From Camelus ferus (Eukaryota), in assembly GCF_009834535.1 (NCBI RefSeq), contig NC_045697.1:98706001-98770000 (forward strand): 64,000 nt of DNA. Direction: 5' to 3'. A program made the position numbers and the translations under genes. Below, piece after piece: positions 38,001-50,900 of this stretch. The notes under the pieces are model-generated. The model was not told the DNA's origin. It did not search any database and was given only the letters and a program-made list of their open reading frames with translations. Every line of letters begins with the position of its first letter. Position 1 is the stretch's first letter.

Positions 38001-39639
38001 TTAAATGGGATCAATAAAAGTGTGAGAGAAAGTCCAGTATGTCCCAAACTAAACTTTTTCTCTGCTATCTCCCCCAAAGTATGCTTCTATTATGTTTAGC
38101 TCAGTAAACTACCCTATCACCCACACAAGTTGCCTAAAACAGACGCTAAAGTCATCTGCAACTCCTTCCTCCATCAACACCATCATACTCTTCTCTCTTG
38201 ACCCTTTCTCTATAATCTCATATCCTCTGCCTTGCTTGAGGTCGTTATTACCATTTCTCTGTATTATTGTTAAGAGCTTCAGAATTTGCCTATTTATCTC
38301 TAATCCTCCCTCCCTTCCATTCCATCTACAGCTGCATTATCAGAGTGATCCCAGATAGAATAATGTCAGGCCCCTCTCAAAATTCTTCAGTAGTTCATCA
38401 TCAACTGCAAGATGAAATCTCAACCTCTTTGCAAGCACACTGATTTTAGGAGGAACAAGCAAGGGGTCTAGGTCTATTTTTCAGAAGTTATAAAATGTTC
38501 ATTCTGATATGCTCAGGTATGGAAGTCACAAATCTAATCCACACTCACTTGTCTGGCCCATTTTCCCTTATTCCCTCCATCTTAGTTTATACCACAGTTG
38601 TTTACAATTGTCTAAATTTTTCTCTCTCTTTTCTTGATTTCCTTACCCTGTTTGCCCATTTGGCCAATCCCTAGCTGTTTTACAGGTCTCAACTCTAAAG
38701 CAACCTCATCTCCAAAGGGCTCAATGTCATTTTCTATAATTCTCTTCCCCTAATCCACACTATACACCTCCTTTGTTTCCAGCAAATCATTCACTTGCCA
38801 CCTCCTATCAACCATATCATGGCCAATATCTATGCCTTTCTTTCAGTGCTCTCTAAACTATTGCTTCTCCTTACCATCTTAATCTTAATTCCTACTGCTT
38901 TCCCAATGCACCAAATTATAAATATCTGTGTGTCCAGTTTCTAAAAATCCGTGGTTTATACCACTGAAAACAGTGCCCTTCATACAGGATACACAGTAAC
39001 GATGTGATGAATACAAGAATAAACAAACATGTTCCAATCAGACAAATATTATCACTGTTCACTACAAAGACCATGCTCATTCCCATGCCTATTCTTTGCT
39101 GGTTCCCTTCTCTCACTAGGAATGCCCTCTTTCTTGGTTTTCAAATTCCACTTGTCCCTCATGGACAACTTTTTCCCTATAATAACATCACCTCTTTCCT
39201 CTTTCTTACTATACCAGGTCTTTCAATAAGATTTATTTAGCACTTACTACATACCAAATACAGCACTATGCCAGGAACACAAAACTGAAGTGAAGACTCA
39301 GCCTTCAAACAGCTTAGAGTCTAGTAAGGAGAAACACATAGAAACAATTACAATAATATAAATGCTATAAAGGAAACTACAGAGTACAGTGGAAATATTT
39401 TAAAAAGGAACACCTAAGTCAGCCCTGGGGAGTGGGTATGTTCTAGAAAGACTTCAGAAAGGAAACACCATTTGGTCTAAGACTAGAATAAGGGGTAAAA
39501 ATTGGTATAACAATAAGAGAAGCAACTAAAATAAGAGGACTGAAAAAAAAAACCTCTGAGAAATGATAGCAAACCTAAGTATCACTCAGAAGTAAATTCA
39601 GCTCAGATTATAATTTAGTTGCCTAGAATACAGATCATA

Positions 39640-42600
39640 CTGTCATTAAAAAAGTTTATGTGCATGATTTTATTTGTACAAAGTACAAAAACAAGGAAAA
39701 CTCCATCTATGATATTAGAAATAAGATACTATATCACAAAAGGCTACTTATCACTAACATATAAGCGATGCTTAAAATAGAGAACAAATCCAAGAGAAAA
39801 ATATGAAAAATACACAAACACACAATTCACAAGAACAGATATAAAAATAGCCCTTAAACATATGAAAAGATGTTCAAATTTACTCACAGAAAAATGCAAA
39901 TATTAAAAAACAGATTCCTTTCCTCAGATTGGTGAAAATTAAAATACATAACATTATATTCTGTTGGTAAAACATCTATACATTGCTGGTGGGAATGCAA
40001 ACTGATACAACACTTTGAGAGGGGAACTTGGCAGTATCTAACAAAACTACATCTGTAGCTACCTTTTTAAAAACAGCTTTACTGAGATATAACTCACATA
40101 TAATACAGTTCACCAACTTAAAGCATATAATTCAATGGTTTTTAGTATATTAATGAAGTCGGGCAAACATCATCACAATCTAATTTTAGAACATTTTTAG
40201 CACCCTCTCCCCCTCAAAAAAACTCATGGCCATTAGCAATCACTCCCCATCCTTCCCCAACCCTTAGTCCTTGGCAACCACTCATCTACTTTCTATCTCT
40301 AGAGATTTGCTTGTTCTGGCCATTTCATATAAAGAGAATTTTATAACATATAGTCTTTTGTGACTGGCTTCTTTCACTTAGTACGTTTTCAATATTGATC
40401 TGTGCAGTAACATGTATTAGTATTTCAATTCTTTTTAATGTTGAATAATATTCCATTGCATAGATATACCACATTTTACTTATCTGTTCATCAGCTGATG
40501 CAAATTTGAGTTGTTTCCCCTTTTTCACTATTATAAATAATTTTGGTATAAAAATTCATGTAAAAGTTTTTGTGTGGACATATGTTTTCTTTTTCTCTTA
40601 GGTATACACCTAGGAGTGGAATTCCTGGAACATATAGTAATTCTATGCTTAAGATTTTGAGAAAATGCCAAACTACATCATCTTACATTCTCATCAGCAG
40701 TGTACAGAGGTTCTAATTTCTCCACATCCTCATCAACACATGTTGTAGGTAATCTGTTATGCAGCAATAGATAATTAATACATCATCTTGGTAGATGCAA
40801 TAAAAATCACTTGGTAAATTTAATAATTAAAATAAAAAAGCAGCCAAGACAAGCAGTGGCAAAATATTTAGAACTTTCTCCTTGATGCTGGGAAAAGAAC
40901 ATATACATCTACAATTACCACTTCAATTCAAAACCACACTGGCAATCCTGACCAGTAGAGTTTGATGAAGAAAAATTAAAAGGCAGAAGAAATGGAAAGG
41001 ACGAAATGAATCATTGTTTGTAGATGACAAGACTCTCTACACAGAAAATCCAAAAGAATCTTCAGATATTAGAAGAGTGTTTGTGAGATGTGTGGATGTA
41101 GGTCAATATATAAAAATCAACTGTTTTTCTATATACCAACAACAAACAGAAAATGTAATTTTTAAAAAACTATATCATTTACAGTAACCACCAAAACTAT
41201 AAGATACCTAAGACTTAATCTAACAAAAGATGTACAAAGACCTTTGTGAAGAAAATGAATAAATCTATTGAAAGAAATTAAAGAAGTCTTATATATATGA
41301 AGAGATACCATGTTCTTGGATAGGAAAGCTCAATATCTTAAAGATGTCAATTTCCACCAAATTTCATCTAACAAATTCAATATATTTCCAGTCAAAAATC
41401 CCAAAAGGGTTTTACAAAAAACTTGACAAAGGTAGTTAAGGGGGAAAAAAAAGTATGTAAAAGAACAAAGGGCAGAAGTTAGCCAAAACCCTCCTGAGAA
41501 TAACTGTCCTACCTAGTCTATGGTAATTAGACAATAATTAACAGTGTAGATATAACCCAGTATATCAAAAAGACCCATGCATACTGGAAACTTAATGTAG
41601 GAAGAGGAAGTGCTAAAATCAATGAAGGCAGGGAGGGCATAGTTCAGTGTTAAAGCGCATGCCTAGCAAGCATGAGGTTCTGGGTTCAATCCCCAGTATT
41701 TCCATATACATACATATATATATATATATATATAAAACCTAATTACCTCCCCACCACCCTGCAAAAAAAAAAAAAAAAAAGACTATTAATATATGATGCT
41801 GGGACAAGTGATTATTGACAAAAGACAAAAAATTAAATCACTACCTCTCACCATTCACAAAATGAATTACAGGTGTACTAAAGACCTAAATATATAACTT
41901 TTTATCTTCATGAAATCACAGTTAAGGAAAAATTACTAAATAAGACATGGAGAGCAAAAAACCAAAGATTTACTAAACTTGACTACACCAATTTTTTGGT
42001 TTAAAATTCTTAACAATAGAAACCAAAAACAAAACTGAAAAATAAAAGTCTGGGAAAAGTAATTCCCCTCCCTCCAAAGAAAAAAGGAATTCCTACTAAT
42101 TAGTAAGAAATATATATAACCAAAATTCTCATAAAGATCTTAAAATAAATTATATTAAGGCACACATGGGTAAATGTGACGTGAATTCTAGTTCTCATGT
42201 TTTAGTTCTCATGTTGAATGATGGACTTGTGTGTATTTATCATATTATTAAAAATAAACAACAGCCATGCTTGGAATAATTATTTAAGTGTATCATGAAT
42301 CAAGGACTGTAATTCATCTAATTTTGTACAACTGGGGTCCAAAGAAAGAGGTTTAAAACTGATTTTATTAGCTTCCCATCTAAAGTATGAAATTCATTCA
42401 CCTGAACTCGTTCTTTTTAAATGTCATATAAATTGAGTAATATTTACTAATCCTCTGACAAACTCTCTCTTTTTTTTTTTTTTTACAATTTTCCAGCAGG
42501 TTCTGTTAATTTTCTCTGATTTAACTGCTTCTTAATATACCTACTAATTTGTAAGAAAACTGGGGTCACAGTTATCTTATTTGCTACTGCAGCAACTATA

Positions 42601-42860
42601 TCTAAACAACCTAACAGATCAGAAAGAGGAAGGATGATTCTACTTATATGACATTCAAGAAAAGGTAAAACTACAGGGACAGAAAACAGATCAATGGGAA
42701 GCAGATGACCTCAAAGGGCACAAGGAACTTCTTGGAGTGATAGCAATAGTCTACATCTTGATTGTGATGGTCACTGCATAATGATACCAATTTGTCTAAC
42801 ATGGAAATTTAAAGATGAATTTCACTATATGTAAATTAAACTTCATTAAACTTGACTTCA
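39640..42860. mobile_element. Cluster of L1 fragments: plus-strand L1ME/MD pieces with an antisense L1MB 3' end at ~40065-40740
   Basis: atatgaaaagatgttcaa and cattgctggtgggaatgcaaa (plus); cagctttactgagatataactcacata (minus); ORF2 motifs at 40800-41600. Confidence 0.75.
41627..41780 (+). mobile_element. tRNA-derived SINE (Vic-1-like)
   Basis: gggagggcatagttcagtgttaaagcgcatgcctagcaagcatgaggttctgggttcaatccccagta, internal (TA)n and poly-A tail. Confidence 0.88.
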
Positions 42861-44903
42861 AAAGAAGGGGAAGACAATACTGCAAATGAGAATGTAATTA
42901 AAGAGATATTCTTATTCAGTATTAACAGCATTATCATCATACTAAGAACTGTAGCTTGTAATCTAAACCTATATATAGTTCAATTCACAACTGGTTCCTG
43001 CCTGTGATATCAGAAAAATTCTCCCCCTAAAAAACCTTACTATTCTTAGCCATTTCACTGATAAAAGTAAACCTTTTCAATGTGGAATTCAATTCCAGAA
43101 GTATTTCTAATTTATATTTCACTGTCCTATTGAAATTATCAACCAACTTTGACAAGAATTATATATGTCATTTTATAATGCTAATATAGTAACAGTCTCA
43201 ATAGTCTCAACCATGTATTTTCTAGTTATTGAACCATTTTTATGCCTGTCCCTTCATCCTTACAATAACCCTGTGAAATAGGTATAATTATCCCCTATTA
43301 CATGAGGACTATTTTAACAGTATGCTTTATAGCTAGTGTGACTAATAGTTAAGAGCTGGTGGCCATTGTATCCCGAGAATACAGCAGGTGCTCAATAAAT
43401 ATTTGTTGAATGGTGGCTTTACCTCTGACTATGTAATCTTGGACACTAACTTATCTCATTAAAAGTTAATATCCTCATCCATAATAAGATAGTAAAACAA
43501 CTCTGGGAAGTAGGTGTGTTTAGTTCTTTTAATTCTTTATATAAAGTGCCTGGCACACTGTGAGTATTGAATGAATGTTATTTGTTATTATCTCTTTGAT
43601 AACATCAGTCAGTGCTGCATCATATTGCCAAAGCTTTATATAATAAAGCAGTAACAGAACAGATGATAATACCTAAAACCTAACTGCTCCTCATACAAAA
43701 CTGAGATGTTTATTCTTATAATCTATTAAACGAAAAATCAGTACATTCTAAAGGGATAAAAAGTAAACTAATGAATTTTTTAAAGAAAGAAGAATTCCCT
43801 TGTGAAAATGGAACTAAGTGTAAGGAGTGTATACTTTAGAAATATTTGGGCCCGAAAGTCTGGGCTGGAAATAACTGAGCAGCAAGAAATCATGTCATAG
43901 GACTTACTTTAGGGCAAGGTGATTGACGCAGATATTTAAAATTGGATGCAACAAATTTACTGGCTAATAGACATTATATGAAAACTCTTTTAATCTGGAA
44001 GAGATTTAGAGCTCCTGGTTTTTTTTTTTTTTTAGAGCTCCTTTTATAGAAAAAGAAATAGGTTGAGGAGGCTAATAGGAAAGTCAGTAAAATGATTTGC
44101 CAACCATAAAAACAATTTTGCATTTCAAAGGTCCCTCACCTTGGATAATAGTATCTTAAAATGCTCATTTACTCATGGCCCTGGGTTAGAACACACAGAC
44201 AAAGACACAGAATGACATATAGATAAGAAGTCAACTTAGATAATTTGTGACTTCATCTAAGTTATGTTTAAGCTATTTTGATGCTTTCCTTGCTAGGCAT
44301 GTTTTGGTGGGTTTCTTCATCAACCAAAGAACTACAAATGGCCAGGTTCCCATTTGAGGCCTAACCTAACAAATGTTGATTTGTTCAATTTATTTTACTA
44401 TGGTGAAAATATATGAGGTTAGTATCATCTAAAAACACTCTGAATTATCAAACGTTACAGTTAGTTAAAGAATTGATGAGCAAAGAGAGACCAAGACAAA
44501 ATCAACCTGACTTGGCTGCCCACAGTTATCACTGGAGCTAAAAATGATATTGCTGCCTAGCTACACTCCTTTAATATTTTTATCTGCCTACTTTCTGTTG
44601 CCATTTCACATATGCTCAAATTCTAGGGCAGTAATAAAAAGGGTCAGAATAAGAACATGGGGGAAGAGAGATCACATTTAGCATATCTTAGAATCCAACC
44701 TATCTTGAGGATGAAGATAAGCAACAAAGGTCTGATTATTAATTAATAATCCTAAACTTATATGAATATCCATTTCTAGACTTACTCCATGAACTATTAG
44801 TAAGAAATATTAAATGGTGGAAATAATTATTTAGCCATGTATATTCTGTGAATAAGCAAATTTCCAAATCAATTAAGAACGAGACAAAACAATACGTACT
44901 AGT

Positions 44904-45190
44904 AAACAGAAACAGACTCACACAGAAAACAAACTTACGGTTACCAGAGAGGAAAAAGGACGGGAAAGGATAAATTGGGAGTTTGGGATTTGCAGATACT
45001 AACTACTGTATATAAAATTGATAAACAACAAGTTTATACTGAATAGCACAGGGAACTGTATTCAGTATCTTATAGTAGCCTATAAGGAAAAATATGAAAA
45101 GGAATATATGTATGTATATATATGACAGAAACATTATGCTGTACACCAGAATTTGACACATTGGAAATTGACTATACTTCAAAAAAATAT
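44904..45190 (+). mobile_element. Young lineage-specific L1 3'UTR fragment
   Basis: aaacagactcac...gataaacaacaagtttatactg-atagcacagggaac...gctgtacaccagaatttgacac...actatacttcaaaaaaa; gtacta repeated on both flanks. Confidence 0.85.
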
Positions 45191-45744
45191 ATATATATGT
45201 ATGTGTACTATAAGGTTTGGTTAAGGAAAAAGTGACACTCAAAATCAAGGCTTATGCTCTGATCATTGCTAAAATGTTTGAAAAGTCTCAACTCTGGTCA
45301 CAATAGCTTCCTGTACATCTAGAAAGAGATACATAAAAGACTTGTTTCAACCAGCTTAAGGTAGTCAAGCAACTCCTTTATAGGAGGCTGAAGCTAGAGG
45401 TGATCAGGATATATGGTAGATACCCAGTCATCAAAAAAAGAAAAACTAAAATCTATTTAAGTTTTATTTAACAAAGCAAACTGGAAGAACTTTTCTTCCT
45501 GGAGATAAAAATTACCAGCCCAGCAACTGCCATCCTAAAGACCCTAGTACAGAAAGTTCTAAAACCTTCATCAACTTCTTCACTTTTGTAACTTAAAATC
45601 AAGCAAAGAACTGCCTTTCACAAGAATCTTTTTAATATTCTGGTTTGACAGGAATATGAATCCGTTAAAGTGAATTTATCCCAGAAGAAAGTCAATAACT
45701 AGCTTAGTTTATTTTTCCTTCTTCTTTCAAACAATGAAGGGTAA

Positions 45745-45980
45745 CAGTAGCTATTATTTATAGAGTACTTATTCTGTGCCAGGCATCATTCTAAACTCAC
45801 TATATGTATTAATCTATTTAATGTTCACAGTCCTACAAAACAGGTATTATCCCCATCTTACATCTGGGGAAACTGAGGCACGGAGAAATTTAAGTAACTT
45901 GCCCAAGGTCAAACAACAGGCAAATGATAGAATCAGAATTTGAACCTAAGCAGTCTGACTCCAGAGCCTACGCTCTTAAA
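45745..45980 (-). mobile_element. MIR SINE, near full length
   Basis: Core motif atccccatcttacatctggggaaactgaggcacggagaaatttaagtaacttgcccaaggtc...gaatttgaacctaagcagtctgactccagagcc. Confidence 0.9.
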
Positions 45981-46839
45981 GTTTTTTCTGCCTCATGATC
46001 ATACAAGTGTTTTCAAAATTAAAACTGAAAGAATCATATAGAACCTCTCCCACTCCACCCTGGGAGATTTTTCTACCTATTTCCTTATTGGCTCATCACA
46101 TGGCTGATACGTAGGCTTAAAATATACTAAATGGGAATTACACATACCTTATCTACATAAGTATACATATCTTTTCCCTTTCCCAAAGAAAAAGAGGGTG
46201 GCAAGAGGAAGGAATGAATTTTTTAACTCACAAATTCTCTCACATAAGTTCTGTAGGCCTTACGGAGAAAGGGACAGTATCAGAAATTCTTTTTCCTGTG
46301 CTCTCTTTAGGGTTGAGCTTGTTTGTTTTTTAGAAATGTTGGCCTGCACTTTTGTATTAGCAAGAAACAGAGATTCTCAGATATAAGCTTTATATCCTAA
46401 TTAAAATTTACCTATATTTTAAGTAAAAGAACTACCTGGCACCAAAATATAAACGTTTTTATAGTGCTAAATAAAAAGGTCCGTGCAGAAGCAACTAAGA
46501 AAAAGTGCACCCAGTCCCTCACTTTGAGACCTAAACTATTTACAAGATTATCTCCCTTTACCTAACTAAGCCAAGGTTTACAGCTTGTTCCATAGGTCTT
46601 GGAAGATGGATGCTTACAGGCCTATAGAATGTACAACGAATGGATGAACGAATAAATGCAAGCCTATTTTTATTTGAAGGACTAAAATCATCTTATTCTA
46701 TTCTATTCTTTATAAAGCTAAAAACATTTTTAGAAAATCCTACAGGTATTTACTCACACTCAGAAATTATTAAAGAATAAAATTATATACTGAGCTGTAA
46801 ATTAACTCTTTAGTCAAGAATAAAGGTCACTGCAGTATT

Positions 46840-47365
46840 TTTTCAGTGTTTCCCCACCACACTTAGAAAAAAATCTAAACTTTTTAACATAGACTTTATA
46901 AAGTTCAACCCAGGGCTAGCCCACCCCACCTCTCTGATCTCTCTCATCCCTTGTTTCTCCTTCACTGGCTTGCTGAGCTCCAGTCACACTAGCCGTATTC
47001 CTACAACACACCAAGCTTATTCTGCACCTCCTGTTCTCTAGGATACATGGCCCTTTCAGATCATTGACAGATCCTCACCTATCATACAGGTCTCACTTCA
47101 ACTACCATCCTTTCAGAGAGACATCTCCTTTTTGGCTCCCTTCCCCCAGATTATTTTACATTCCTGGATAGCTCCCCAACATTCTCTAACTGCAATAACA
47201 TTACTCTAGTTTATTTCTTCATTATATTTATCATTCTCTAAAGTTATCTTATTTGTTTATATGTTTAACGTATGCCTCCTCTAACAGAATGTAAGGTTCC
47301 ATAAGAACAGGTACTGCATTTATCTTATTTACTGCAATCTCTCAAGGGCCTAAAATGAATGAATA
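46840..47365 (+). mobile_element. L2 3' fragment
   Basis: ctccagtcacactagcc and cagaatgtaaggttccataagaacagg motifs, ending in tgaatgaat. Confidence 0.65.
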
Positions 47366-47523
47366 CTATACTAATAAATGTGCAGGCTCATATGAAGATT
47401 TTGATATTCTGTAATCATTATAAACATTATATTGCTCTCTTAGGCTTCTTCCACTTTTGTCTACCTATTAGCACCTACTGTGAGAGAATTAAGCAGCAAG
47501 AAATACAAACGAGTAGACGTTAA

Positions 47524-47657
47524 GGGGGGAGGGTACGGCTCAGTGGTAGAGTGTATGCCTAATATGCACTAGGTCATGGTTTCAATCCCCAGTACTGCCA
47601 TTAAATAAATAAACAAACCAACCTAATTACCTCCCCCCTCAAAAAAAAAAAAAAAAA
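47524..47657 (+). mobile_element. tRNA-derived SINE (Vic-1-like)
   Basis: ggggggagggtacggctcagtggtagag...tcaatccccagtac with poly-A; 16-bp TSD aaacgagtagacgtta/aaacaagtagacgtta. Confidence 0.92.
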
Positions 47658-47959
47658 AAACAAGTAGACGTTATACTGTATAATCAGTTCAGAGACTGAA
47701 CTAAGGTTTAATAATGGCATGTCTTTCAAGTTATACACTGATCCTACTTACCAATAAAGTTATAGTAAATTATTATGTTCAAATATAAACTATACACGCA
47801 ATTTAGCATTTATGAGTAATGTACTTTCACATGTGTCATAAAATAGATAAAAATAGTGAATATAATTTAAAAATAAAACAAACTCCATTTTAGAATTTAA
47901 CACATAGTTAAGATATTATCTCCAACTAAAATTTAATTTTATCTCCAAATGAAGAAATC

Positions 47960-50900
47960 ATGTTTAAAGAATTAAAGGAGTGTGAGACCTATAACTCATA
48001 GAATAGGATACAGATGTATCCTGTAAAGATACAAATACTATTTTTAAAAAAAGAATAAAATGGGAATCCTGGAGTTGAAAAGTATAACAATTCCATAGTT
48101 GAAAAGTAGAAGAACACAAATTTTAAATTCACTAGCTGAGCTCAAAAGCATTTTGGAGACGACAGAAGAAAGAGCCAATGCACTTTAAAATATATCAATG
48201 GAAATTACCAATTCTGAAGTACAGAAAAGAAAAATAAAAAAAATGTTTTAAATGAACAGAGCCTCAGAGACTTAGGAATACCATCAAGCAGACCAACATA
48301 CATTAATTAGAGTTCCAGAAGAAAGGGAGAGGGAGAAAAGGACAGAAAAAATATCTAAGGAAATTACTGTCAAAATTTATCAAATTGTCAAAAATGTTAA
48401 TCTAATACATTTAAGTTTCATGAATCGAAAGTAGGATAAAGTAGGACAAAGAGATCCATACCTACATACATCACAGTAAAACTGTTGACTACAGATAGAA
48501 AATCTTTAAAGCATGAAGAGAAAAACAACTCATCAGAAATAATGGAGGCCAGAAAGCAGGAGATGACATATTCAAAATGCCTAGAGAGAAAGAAATTTGT
48601 AACAAAGAATTCTATATCCAGCAAAACTATTCTTCAAAAATAAAGACAAAATAAAAACAATTCAAAGAAACAAAGACTGAGATAATTCATTAATAACAGA
48701 AATTCCTTACAAGATATCCAAAAGGAAGCCCACCAGACTGGAAGGAAATAACTAACCCATAATGCAAATACGTAACAAGAAATAAAAAATACATAAAAAT
48801 TAAATACATTTTTAAATATGAAACACTTTAAATTTTTTTTTCTTCTCTTAACTATTTTAAAAGACATACAATTGCAATAAAAATATAAAACTGTACTGTT
48901 GAGCATCTAATACATAAAAATTTAATATGCATGGCAATACTAAGACAGGAGGAGGGAGAAAATGAAGCAAAATTTCTTTATTTTACTATAACTAAATTAG
49001 TCAACTGTGATAAATTAAGACATATATTATAAACCCTAGAGCAACCTAAAAAAAATAACTTTAAAAATCCAGTTAAGAAGCTAACAAAGGAATTAAAATG
49101 ATACCCTGGAAAATATCTGTTACCTTCAGAAGAGGCAGTAAGGACAAAGATATAAAAAAGAAATGAAACATATAGAAAATAACTAGCAAAGTTGCATAAA
49201 TCTGACAATCAATGATTACATTAAATGAGAACAGATTATACTCTCCAAACAAAAGGCAGAAATGGTCAGACTATTTTTTTTAAGCAATTTAACTACATGT
49301 TGTCTGTATGACACACTTTAGATTCAAAAACAAATAGGATGAAGGTAAAAGGATGGCAAAAGATATGCAATGCATAAGAGAGCTATACTAACACCAGACA
49401 AAACACTACTAGAGACAAAGAGGGATCTTTCATAATGATGCAAAAATAGTCAATTTGTCAGTAAGATGTTTGTATATGTATATCATACCTAACTCCAGTG
49501 CCCCAAAAATACGAAGCAAAATTGACAGAACTGAAAAGAAAATTAGACACTTCAATAGAAATTTTCATATCTCAACCACAATAACTGACAGAATGGCTAG
49601 ACAGAAAATCAGCACAAAGAACCAATTTGACCTGACACCTACAAAATATTCTACCCAACAACAGAATATCTCTATGAGCACATAGGATATTCTTCAGAAT
49701 AGATTACATGCTAGGCCACAAGAATGTCTCAATAAATTTAAAATGAGAAAAATCATGTAAAAAGTATGTTCTCTCACTACAGGGGAATTAAATTAGAAAT
49801 CAACAACAATGAAATTTAGGGAATCCTCAAATAATTGGAAATTAAACAGTACATTTCTAAACAGCCCATGCGTCAAAGAAGAAATCACAAATGAAATTAG
49901 GAAAAATAAATGCAAAATTTTAAAAGCAGGCATATAAAAACGTATGGCAGCTAACAGTGTTTGGAAGGAAATGTATAGTTCCACATGCGTACATCAGAAA
50001 AGAAGAAAGATCTCAAACCAGTAACCTAGGCTTCTACCTTAAGACACTAGAAAAACGAAAGTGAACTAAACCTAAAGCAAGCAAAGGAAGGAAATTATGA
50101 AGATTAAAAAGGAAATCAGTGAAATAGAAAACAGTATTGGAAAAAAAATCAGTTAAACCAAAACTTGTTTCTTTGAAAAGAGCAACAAAATTGACAAACC
50201 TTTAGCTAAAATGACCAACTGAAAAAGAGAGAAGACACGGGCTACCAAAATTAGGAAAGAGCAGCATCACTACCTACGCTAGCAAAATTAAAAGCATATA
50301 CAGGAATATTACAAAACATATGCTAAAAATATTAGCTTAGGTGAAATGGACAAATACCTAAAAAAACACAATTACTGAAAGTAACTCAAAACTTAGCAGT
50401 AAAATCTGAATTAATAGTTTAAAAATTTCCCAAAGAGAAAAATCTAGGCCCAGATGCTTTCTTTCACTGGTGGATTCAATTAAATATATTCAAGAAGGTA
50501 ATAATACCAATTCCTCACAAACTCTTACAGAAAATTGAAGAGGTAACATCTCTTTATTCTATGAGGTTACTACATATTACTGTGTTACAAAATTCAAAGA
50601 CAACACAAGAAAAGAAAACTACAGAACAGTATTTCTCATAAATATAGACACAAAAATGTTCAACTAAACATTAGCAAACTTAATCCAGCAACATATAATA
50701 AGAATTATGTACCATGACCAAGTGAGATTTGTCTTAGGAATGTAAGACTGGTTTAACTGCTAAAAATCAATTAATGTAATACACCAAATTAATGCAGTAA
50801 GGGAAAGAAATCACATATTCATCTCAGACATTAAGGTGACCAAACCATACTGGTCTGCCTGGGACTGAAGTGTTCCCAAAGATGCAGGACTTTCAGTACT

